From: Eledone cirrhosa
Lineage: Eukaryota
Reading direction: 5' to 3'
Length of the DNA: 64,000 nucleotides
Assembly: GCA_964016885.1 (NCBI GenBank)
Contig: OZ024744.1
Coordinates: 18,166,001 to 18,230,000, forward strand
Under the pieces are notes generated by a model. The model was given only the letters and a program-made list of their open reading frames with translations, was not told where the DNA came from and did no database searches. Positions 53,551 through 64,000 of the stretch are shown here, piece after piece; position 1 is the first letter of the stretch; the number at the start of each line of letters is the position of its first letter. The translations under genes and the position numbers were made by a program.

Positions 53551-56500
53551 TTAGGTATCTTTGTATATGCCTGTGTCACTGTGTATGTCACTGTGTGTTT
53601 CTGTATTTCTGTGTCACTGTGTATGTCACTGTGTGTTTCTGTATGTTTGTGTCACTGTGTATGTCACTAAATGTTTGTGTGTGTCTGTGTCTCTGTGTAT
53701 GTCACTGTGTGTTTGCGTGTGTCTGTGTCACTGTGTATGTCACTGTGTGTTTCTGTATGTCTGTGTGACTGTGTATGTCACTCTGTGTTTGTGCATGTCT
53801 GTGTCACTGTGTGTGTTTCTGTATGTCTGTGTCACTGTGTATGTCATTGTATCTTTGTGTTTGAATGTGTCACTGTGTATGTCACTGTGTGTTTGTGTAT
53901 ACCTGTGTCACTGTGTATGTTACTGTGAGTTTCTGTATGTCTGTGTCACTGTGTACGTCACTGTATATTTCTGTATGTCTGTGTCAGTGTGTATGTCACT
54001 GGTTGATTCTGTATGTCTGTGTCACACTGTATATCACTGTATCTTTGTGTAGGTCTGTGTCACCGTGTATGTCACTGTATCTTTCTGTATGTCTGTGTCA
54101 CTGTATATGTCACTGTATCTTTGTGTATGTCTACGTCACTGTGTATGTCACTGTGTGTTTCTGTATGTCTGTGTCTTGGTGTATGTTACTGTACCTTTGT
54201 GTATGTATGTGTCACTGTGTATGTCACTGTGTGTTTCTGTATGTCTGTGTCACTGTGTATGTCACTGTGTGTTTCTGTATATCTGTGTCTCTGTGTATGT
54301 CACTGTATCTTTGTGTATGTCTGTGTCACTGTGTATGTCACTGTAACGTTGTGTATCTCTGTGTCACTGTGTATGTCACTTATCTTTGTGTATGTCTGTG
54401 TCACTGTGTATGTCACTCTGTGTTTCTGTATGTATGTGTCACGGTGTATGTCACTGTATGTTTGTGTATGTCTGTGTCACTGTGTATGTCACTGTATCTT
54501 TGTGTATGTCTGTGTCACTGTGTATGTTACTGTGTGTTTCTGTATGTCTGTGTCACTGTGTTTGTCTTTGTGTGTTTCTGTATGTCTGTGTCACTGTGTA
54601 TATCACTGTATGTTTGTGTGTGTCTGTGTCACTGTGTATGTCACTGTATGTCTCTGTATGTCTGTGTCACTGTCTATGTCACTGTGTGTTTGCCTGTGTA
54701 TGTGTCACTGTGTATGTCACTGTGTGTTTCTGTATGTATGTGTCACCGTGTATGTCACTGTATCTTTGTGTATGCCTGTGTCACTGTGTATGTCACTGTG
54801 TGTTTCTGTATGTCGGTGTCACTGTGTATGTCACTGTGTGTTTCTGTATGTTTGTGTCACTGTGTATGTCATTAAATGTTTGTGTGTGTATGTGTCTCTG
54901 TGTATGTCACTGTGTGTTTGCGTATGTCTGTGTCACTCTGTATGTCACTGTATGTTTCTTAATGTTTGTGTCACTGTGTATGTCACTGTGTGTTTGCGTG
55001 TGTCTGTGTCACTGTGTATGTCACTGTGTGTTTCTGTATGTATGTGTGACTGTGTATGTCACTCTGTGTTTGTGTATGTCTGTGTCACTGTGTGTGTTTC
55101 TGTATGTCTGTGTCACTGTGTATGTCATTGTATCTTTGTGTATGTATGTGTCACTGTGTATGTCACTGTATCATTGTGTATGTATGTGTCATTGTGTATG
55201 TCACTGTGTGTTTCTGTATGTTTGTGACACTGTGTATGTCACTGTGTGGTTCTGTATATCTGTGTCTCTGTGTATGTTACTTTATCTTTGTGTATGTCTG
55301 TGTCACTGTGTATGTCACTGTATCTTTGTGTATGTCTGTGTCACGGTGTATATCACTGTATGTTTGTGTATGTCTGTGTCACTCTATATGTCACTGTATG
55401 TTTCTGTATGTATGTGTCACTGTGTATGTCAATGTGTGTTTCTGTATCTCTGTGTCACGGTGTATGTCACTGTATGTTTCTGTATGTCTGTGTGACTGTA
55501 TATGTCACTGTATGTTACAGTATGTCTGTGTCACTGTGTATGTCACTGTGTGTTTCTGTATGTCTGTGTCACTGTGTATGTCACTGTATATTTGTGTATG
55601 TCTGTGTCACTGTGTATGTCACTGTGTGTTTCTGTATGTCTGTGTCACTGTCTATGTCACTGTATGTTTCTGAATGTCTGTGTCACCGTGTATATCACTG
55701 TATCTTTATGTATGTCTGTGTCACTGTATATGTCACTGTACCTTTCTGTATATCTGTGTCACTGTGTATGTCACTGTGTGTTTCTGTATGTCTGTGTCAC
55801 TGTGTATGTCACTGTGTGTTTCTGTATATCTGTGTCTCTGTGTATGTCACTGTAACGTTGTGTATCTGTGTCACTGTGTATGTCACTGTATCTTTGTGTA
55901 TGTCTGTGTCACTGTGTATGTCACTGTGTGTTTCTGTATGTATGTGTCACGGTGTATGTCACTGTATGTTTGTGTATGTCTGTGTCACTGTGTATGTCAT
56001 TGTGAGTTTCTGTATGTCTGTGTCACTGTGTATGTCACTGTATCTTTGTGTATGTCTGTGTCACTGTGTATGTCACTGTGTGTTTCTGTATGTCTGTGTC
56101 ACTGTGTATGTCACTGTATCTCTCTGTATGTCTGTGTCACTGTCTATGTCGCTGTATGTTTCTGAATGTCTGTGTCACTGTGTATGTCACTGTGTGTTTC
56201 TGTATGTCTGTGTCACGGTGTATGTCACTGTATGTTTGTGTGTGTCTATGTCACTGTGTATGTCACTGTGTGTTTCTGTATGTCTGTGTCACTGTCTATG
56301 TCACTGTATGTTTCTGAATGTCTGTGTCACTGTGTATGTCACTGTGTGTTTCTGTATATCTGTGTCACGGTGTATGTCACTGAATGTTTGTGTGTGTCTG
56401 TGTCACTGTGTTTGTCACTGTGTGTTTCTGTATGTCTGTGTCACCGTGTATGTCACGGTATCTTTGTATATGCCTGTGTCACTGTGTATGTCACTGTGTG

Positions 56501-59500
56501 TTTCTGTATTTCTGTGTCACTGTGTATGTCACTGTGTGTTTCTGTATGTTTGTGTCACTGTGTATGTCACTAAATGTTTGTGTGTGTCTGTGTCTCTGTG
56601 TATGTCACTGTGTGTTTGCGTGTGTCTGTGTCACCGTGTATGTCACTGTGTGTTTCTGTATGTCTGTGTCACTGTGTAAGTCACCGTGTGTTTGTGTATG
56701 TCTGTGTCATTGTGTGTGTTTCTGTATGTCTGTGTCACTGTGTATGTCACTGTATGTTTCTGTATGTATGTGTCACTGTGTATGTCACTGTATCTTTGTG
56801 TATGTCTGTGTCACTCCGTATGTCACTGTGTGTTTCTGTATGTCTGTGTCAATGTGTATGTCACTGTGTGTTTCTGTATGTCTGTGTCACTGTGTATGTC
56901 ACTGTATATTTGTGTATGTCTGTTTCACTGTGTATGTCACTGTGTGTTTCTGTATGTCTGTGTCACTCTGTATGTCACTGTATGTTTCTGAATGTTTGTG
57001 TCACTGTGTATGTCACTGTGTGTTTGCGTGTGTCTGTGTCACTGTGTATGTCACTGTGTGTTTCTGTATGTCTGTGTGACAGTGTATGTCACTCTGTGTT
57101 TGTGTATGTCTGTGTCACTGTGTGTGTTTCTGTATGTCTGTGTCACTGTGTATGTCATTGTATCTTTGTGTATGTATGTGTCACTGTGTATGTCACTGTA
57201 TCTTTGTGTATGTCTGTGTCATTTTGTATGTCACTGTGTGTTTCTGTATGTCTGTGTCACTGTCTATGTCACTGTATGTTTCTGAATGTCTGTGTCACTG
57301 TGTATGTCACTGTGTGTTTCTGTATATCTGTGTCACGGTGTATGTCACTGAATGTTTGTGTGTGTCTGCGTCACTGTGTATGTCACTGTGTGTTTCTGTA
57401 TGTCTGTGTCTCTGTGTATGTAACTGTATCTTTGTGTATGTCGTTGTCACGGTGTATGTCACTAAATGTTTGTGTGTGTCTGTGTATCTGTGTATGTCAC
57501 TGTGTGTTTGCGTGTGTCTGTGTCACTGTGTATGTCACTGTGTGTTTCTGTATGTCTGTGTGACTGTGTATGTCACTAGGTGTTTGTGTATGTCTGTGTC
57601 ACTGCATGTTTCTGAATGTCTGTGTCACTGTGTATGTCACTGTGTGTTTCTGTATGTATGTGTCACCGTGTATGTCACTGTATCTTTGTGTATGCCTGTG
57701 TCACTGTGTATGTCACTGTGTGTTTCTGTATGTCGGTGTCACTGTGTATGTCACTGTGTGTTTCTGTATGTTTGTGTCACTGTGTATGTCATTAAATGTT
57801 TGTGTGTGTCTGTGTCTCTGTGTATGTCACTGTGTGTTTGCGTGTGTCTGTGTCACTGTGTATGTCACTGTGTGTTTCTGTATGTCTGTGTGACTGTGTA
57901 TGTCACTGTGTGTTTGTGTATGTCTGTGTCACTGTGTGTGTTTCTGTATGTCTGTGTCAATGTGTATGTCACTGTGTGTTTCTGTATGTCTGTGTCACTG
58001 TGTATGTCACTGTATGTTTCTGTATGTCTGTTTCACTGTGTATGTCACTGTGTGTTTCTGTATGTCTGTGTCACTCTGTATGTCACTGTATGTTTCTGAA
58101 TGTTTGTGTCACTGTGTATGTCCCTGTGTGTTTGCGTGCGTCTGTGTCACTGTGTATGTCACTGTGTGTTTCTGTATGTCTGTGTGACTGTGTATGTCAC
58201 TCTGTCTTTGTGTATGTCTGTGTCACTGTGTGTGTTTCTGTATGTCTGTGTCACTGTGTATGTCATTGTATCTTTGTGTATGTATGTGTCACTGTGTGTG
58301 TCACTGTATCATTGTGTATGTCTGTGTCATTGTGTATGTCACTGTGTGTTTCTGTATATCTGTGTCTCTGTGTATGTTACTTTATCTTTGTGTATGTCTG
58401 TGTCACTGTGTATGTCACTGTATCTTTGTGTATGTCTGTGTCACGGTGTATATCACTGTATGTTTGTGTATGTCTGTGTCACTCTATATGGCACTGTATG
58501 TTTCTGTATGTATGTGTCACTGTGTATGTCAATGTGTGTTTCTGTATCTCTGTGACACGGTGTATGTCACTGTATGTTTGTGTATGTATGTGTGACTGTG
58601 TATGTCACTGTATGTTACATTATGTCTGTGTCACTGTGTATGTCACTGTGTGTTTCTGTATGTCTGTGTCACTGTGTATGTCACTGTATATTTGTGTATG
58701 TCTGTGTCACTGTGTATGTCACTGTGTGTTTCTGTATGTCTGTGTCACTGTCTATGTCACTGTATGTTTCTGAATGTCTGTGTCACCGTGTATGTCACTG
58801 TATCTTTATGTATGTCTGTGTCACTGTATATGTCACTGTATCTTTGTGTATGTCTACGTCACTGTGTATGTCACTGTGTGTTTCTGTATGTCTGTGTCTT
58901 TGTGTATGCCACTGTACCTTTGTGTATGTCTGTGTCACTGTGTATGTCACTGCGTGTTTCTGTATCTCTGTGTCATTGTGTATGTCACTGTGTGTTTCTG
59001 TATATCTGTGTCTCTGTGTATGTCACTGTAACGTTGTGTATCTCTGTGTCACTGTGTATGTCACTGTATCTTTGTGTATGTCTGTGTCACTGTGTATGTC
59101 ACTGTATCTTTGTGTATGTCTGCGTCACTGTGTATGTCATTGTGAGTTTCTGTATGTCTGTGTCACTGTGTATGTCACTGTATCTTTGTGTATGTCTGTG
59201 TCACTGTGTATGTCACTGTATCTCTCTGTATGTCTGTGTCACTGTCTATGTCACTGTATCTTTGTGTATGTCTGCGTCACTGTGTATGCCACTGTGTGTT
59301 TTTGTATGTCTGTGTCTCTGTGTATGTCACTGTATCTTTGTGTATGTCTGTATCACTGTGTATGTCACTGTGTGTTTCTGTATGTCTGTGTCACTGTGTA
59401 TGTCACTGTGTGTTTCTGTATGTCTGTGTCACTGTCTATGTCGCTGTATGTTTCTGAATGTCTGTGTCACTGTGTATGTCACTGTGTGTTTCTGTATGTC

Positions 59501-59934
59501 TGTGTCACGGTGTATGTCACTGTATGTTTGTGTGTGTCTATGTCACTTTGTATGTCACTGTGTGTTTCTGTATGTCTGTGTCACCGTGTATGTCAATGTA
59601 TCTTTGTGTATGCCTGTGTCACTGTGTATGTCACTGTGTGTTTCTGTATGTCTGTGTCACTGTGTATGTCACTGTGTGTTTCTGTATGTCTGTGTCACTG
59701 CCTATGTCGCTGTATGTTTCTGAATGTCTGTGTCAATGTGTATGTCACTGTGTGTTTCTGTATGTCTGTGTCACTGTCTATGTCACTGTATGTTTCTGAA
59801 TGTATGTGTCACTGTGTATGTCACTCTGTGTTTTTGTATATCTGTGGCACGGTGTATGTCACTGAATGTTTGTGTGTGTCTGTGTCACTCTGTTTGTCAC
59901 TGTGTGTTTCTGTATGTCTGTGTAACCGTGTATG
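53551..59934. repeat. Type-A HOR copy, variant subfamily (6,384 bp)
   Basis: Markers at 53551 and 59935. It has an extra ~332-bp block at ~56900-57235 and several 38/76-bp deletions. Confidence 0.92.
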
Positions 59935-62900
59935 TTAGGTATCTTTGTATATGCCTGTGTCACTGTGTATGTCACTGTGTGTTTCTGTATTTCTGTGTCA
60001 CTGTGTATGTCACTGTGTGTTTCTGTATGTTTGTGTCACTGTGTATGTCACTAAATGTTTGTGTGTGTCTGTGTCTCTGTGTATGTCACTGTGTGTTTGC
60101 GTGTGTCTGTGTCACTGTGTATGTCACTGTGTGTTTCTGTATGTCTGTGTGACTGTGTATGTCACTCTGTGTTTGTGCATGTCTGTGTCACTGTGTGTGT
60201 TTCTGTATGTCTGTGTCACTGTGTATGTCATTGTATCTTTGTGTTTGAATGTGTCACTGTGTATGTCACTGTGTGTTTGTGTATACCTGTGTCACTGTGT
60301 ATGTTACTGTGAGTTTCTGTATGTCTGTGTCACTGTGTACGTCACTGTATATTTCTGTATGTCTGTGTCAGTGTGTATGTCACTGGTTGATTCTGTATGT
60401 CTGTGTCACACTGTATATCACTGTATCTTTGTGTAGGTCTGTGTCACCGTGTATGTCACTGTATCTTTCTGTATGTCTGTGTCACTGTATATGTCACTGT
60501 ATCTTTGTGTATGTCTACGTCACTGTGTATGTCACTGTGTGTTTCTGTATGTCTGTGTCTTTGTGTATGTTACTGTACCTTTGTGTATGTATGTGTCACT
60601 GTGTATGTCACTGTGTGTTTCTGTATGTCTGTGTCACTGTGTATGTCACTGTGTGTTTCTGTATATCTGTGTCTCTGTGTATGTCACTGTATCTTTGTGT
60701 ATGTCTGTGTCACTGTGTATGTCACTGTAACGTTGTGTATCTCTGTGTCACTGTGTATGTCACTTATCTTTGTGTATGTCTGTGTCACTGTGTATGTCAC
60801 TGTGTGTTTCTGTATGTATGTGTCACGGTGTATGTCACTGTATGTTTGTGTATGTCTGTGTCACTGTGTATGTCACTGTATCTTTGTGTATGTCTGTGTC
60901 ACTGTGTATGTTACTGTGTGTTTCTGTATGTCTGTGTCACTGTGTTTGTCTTTGTGTGTTTCTGTATGTCTGTGTCACTGTGTATATCACTGTATGTTTG
61001 TGTGTGTCTGTGTCACTGTGTATGTCACTGTATGTCTCTGTATGTCTGTGTCACTGTCTATGTCACTGTGTGTTTGCCTGTGTATGTGTCACTGTGTATG
61101 TCACTGTGTGTTTCTGTATGTATGTGTCACCGTGTATGTCACTGTATCTTTGTGTATGCCTGTGTCACTGTGTATGTCACTGTGTGTTTCTGTATGTCGG
61201 TGTCACTGTGTATGTCACTGTGTGTTTCTGTATGTTTGTGTCACTGTGTATGTCATTAAATGTTTGTGTGTGTATGTGTCTCTGTGTATGTCACTGTGTG
61301 TTTGCGTATGTCTGTGTCACTCTGTATGTCACTGTATGTTTCTTAATGTTTGTGTCACTGTGTATGTCACTGTGTGTTTGCGTGTGTCTGTGTCACTGTG
61401 TATGTCACTGTGTGTTTCTGTATGTATGTGTGACTGTGTATGTCACTCTGTGTTTGTGTATGTCTGTGTCACTGTGTGTGTTTCTGTATGTCTGTGTCAC
61501 TGTGTATGTCATTGTATCTTTGTGTATGTATGTGTCACTGTGTATGTCACTGTATCATTGTGTATGTATGTGTCATTGTGTATGTCACTGTGTGTTTCTG
61601 TATGTTTGTGACACTGTGTATGTCACTGTGTGGTTCTGTATATCTGTGTCTCTGTGTATGTTACTTTATCTTTGTGTATGTCTGTGTCACTGTGTATGTC
61701 ACTGTATCTTTGTGTATGTCTGTGTCACGGTGTATATCACTGTATGTTTGTGTATGTCTGTGTCACTCTATATGTCACTGTATGTTTCTGTATGTATGTG
61801 TCACTGTGTATGTCAATGTGTGTTTCTGTATCTCTGTGTCACGGTGTATGTCACTGTATGTTTCTGTATGTCTGTGTGACTGTATATGTCACTGTATGTT
61901 ACAGTATGTCTGTGTCACTGTGTATGTCACTGTGTGTTTCTGTATGTCTGTGTCACTGTGTATGTCACTGTATATTTGTGTATGTCTGTGTCACTGTGTA
62001 TGTCACTGTGTGTTTCTGTATGTCTGTGTCACTGTCTATGTCACTGTATGTTTCTGAATGTCTGTGTCACCGTGTATATCACTGTATCTTTATGTATGTC
62101 TGTGTCTCTGTATATGTCACTGTATCTTTGTATATGTCTACGTCACTGTGTATGTCACTGTGTGTTTCTGTATGTCTGTGTCTTTGTGTATGTCACTGTA
62201 CCTTTCTGTATATCTGTGTCACTGTGTATGTCACTGTGTGTTTCTGTATGTCTGTGTCACTGTGTATGTCACTGTGTGTTTCTGTATATCTGTGTCTCTG
62301 TGTATGTCACTGTAACGTTGTGTATCTGTGTCACTGTGTATGTCACTGTATCTTTGTGTATGTCTGTGTCACTGTGTATGTCACTGTGTGTTTCTGTATG
62401 TATGTGTCACGGTGTATGTCACTGTATGTTTGTGTATGTCTGTGTCACTGTGTATGTCATTGTGAGTTTCTGTATGTCTGTGTCACTGTGTATGTCACTG
62501 TATCTTTGTGTATGTCTGTGTCACTGTGTATGTCACTGTGTGTTTCTGTATGTCTGTGTCACTGTGTATGTCACTGTATCTCTCTGTATGTCTGTGTCAC
62601 TGTCTATGTCGCTGTATGTTTCTGAATGTCTGTGTCACTGTGTATGTCACTGTGTGTTTCTGTATGTCTGTGTCACGGTGTATGTCACTGTATGTTTGTG
62701 TGTGTCTATGTCACTGTGTATGTCACTGTGTGTTTCTGTATGTCTGTGTCACTGTCTATGTCACTGTATGTTTCTGAATGTCTGTGTCACTGTGTATGTC
62801 ACTGTGTGTTTCTGTATATCTGTGTCACGGTGTATGTCACTGAATGTTTGTGTGTGTCTGTGTCACTGTGTATGTCACTGTGTGTTTCTGTATATCTGTG

Positions 62901-64000
62901 TCACGGTGTATGTCACTGAATGTTTGTGTGTGTCTGTGTCACTGTGTTTGTCACTGTGTGTTTCTGTATGTCTGTGTCACCGTGTATGTCACGGTATCTT
63001 TGTATATGCCTGTGTCACTGTGTATGTCACTGTGTGTTTCTGTATTTCTGTGTCACTGTGTATGTCACTGTGTGTTTCTGTATGTTTGTGTCACTGTGTA
63101 TGTCACTAAATGTTTGTGTGTGTCTGTGTCTCTGTGTATGTCACTGTGTGTTTGCGTGTGTCTGTGTCACCGTGTATGTCACTGTGTGTTTCTGTATGTC
63201 TGTGTCACTGTGTATGTCACCGTGTGTTTGTGTATGTCTGTGTCATTGTGTGTGTTTCTGTATGTCTGTGTCACTGTGTATGTCACTGTATGTTTCTGTA
63301 TGTATGTGTCACTGTGTATGTCACTGTATCTTTGTGTATGTCTGTGTCACTCCGTATGTCACTGTGTGTTTCTGTATGTCTGTGTCAATGTGTATGTCAC
63401 TGTGTGTTTCTGTATGTCTGTGTCACTGTGTATGTCACTGTATATTTGTGTATGTCTGTTTCACTGTGTATGTCACTGTGTGTTTCTGTATGTCTGTGTC
63501 ACTCTGTATGTCACTGTATGTTTCTGAATGTTTGTGTCACTGTGTATGTCACTGTGTGTTTGCGTGTGTCTGTGTCACTGTGTATGTCACTGTGTGTTTC
63601 TGTATGTCTGTGTGACAGTGTATGTCACTCTGTGTTTGTGTATGTCTGTGTCACTGTGTGTGTTTCTGTATGTCTGTGTCACTGTGTATGTCATTGTATC
63701 TTTGTGTATGTATGTGTCACTGTGTATGTCACTGTATCTTTGTGTATGTCTGTGTCATTTTGTATGTCACTGTGTGTTTCTGTATGTCTGTGTCACTGTC
63801 TATGTCACTGTATGTTTCTGAATGTCTGTGTCACTGTGTATGTCACTGTGTGTTTCTGTATATCTGTGTCACGGTGTATGTCACTGAATGTTTGTGTGTG
63901 TCTGCGTCACTGTGTATGTCACTGTGTGTTTCTGTATGTCTGAGTCTCTGTGTATGTAACTGTATCTTTGTGTATGTCGTTGTCACGGTGTATGTCACTA
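59935..64000. repeat. Type-A HOR copy, variant subfamily (cut by window end)
   Basis: Marker at 59935. It shares the extra block (GTGACAGTG ~63612, GTCATTTTG ~63754) and other variants with the preceding copy. Confidence 0.9.

Larger units (their letters stand above)
1..64000. repeat. 38-bp satellite DNA tandem array (runs to both window edges)
   Basis: The unit GTCACTGTGTAT GTCACTGTGTGTTTCTGTATGTCTGT (12+26 bp) recurs head-to-tail throughout, e.g. a perfect rotated unit at 819-856. No unique sequence or inversion was seen. Consensus composition is T18 G10 C6 A4. Common variants replace GTGTTTCT with ATCTTTGT or ATGTTTGT. Confidence 0.99.

Noticed and set aside
17-63943. Hundreds of Cys/Val/His-rich + strand ORFs up to 757 aa (metallothionein-, zinc-finger- or keratin-associated-like CxHC motifs)
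   Set aside because: They overlap in all three frames with the same peptide, follow directly from a stop-free 38-bp repeat, and end at sporadic variants. There is no unique domain, codon-position bias or gene structure.
1-64000. CRISPR array (38 bp is within the CRISPR repeat size range)
   Set aside because: Units abut directly with no unique spacers, and there is no leader or cas gene.
1-64000. Z-DNA, G-quadruplex or long hairpin structures
   Set aside because: Purine-pyrimidine alternation is broken every ~8-12 bp, G-runs are essentially absent, and no inverted monomers were seen.
1-64000. TGTCA/TGAC transcription-factor sites (TALE homeodomain, W-box core) twice per monomer
   Set aside because: Four- to five-bp cores are expected in such a repeat, and with no known host or nearby gene a function cannot be supported.
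1-64000. Embedded transposon, retroelement or RNA gene interrupting the array
   Set aside because: No non-satellite stretch was found on reading through, and every segment fits the 38-bp consensus with substitutions or small indels.

Overview
The whole 64 kb window is one uninterrupted, head-to-tail satellite array, most likely eukaryotic. I see no supportable genes, RNA genes or mobile elements. The monomer is 38 bp (consensus GTCACTGTGTAT-GTCACTGTGTGTTTCTGTATGTCTGT, about 1,700 copies, all in one orientation). It is built almost entirely of N-T dinucleotides. Rare variants show a nested higher-order repeat (HOR) organisation. A ~6.1-6.4 kb HOR ('type A') occupies ~1-5.3 kb and ~28-64 kb. 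A related HOR ('type B', ~5.7-6.4 kb) with its own diagnostic variants and several kb-scale duplications occupies ~5.3-27.5 kb. All long + strand ORFs are explained by the consensus having no stop codon. The most unusual observation is on the minus strand, where each consensus monomer reads CACAGTG-(22 bp)-ACAGAAACA with a second nested CACAGTG. This resembles a tandem array of V(D)J recombination-signal (RSS)-like units, but it may be a coincidence of CA-rich sequence. All coordinates and offsets were read by hand from the sequence and ORF track, and the organism cannot be determined.
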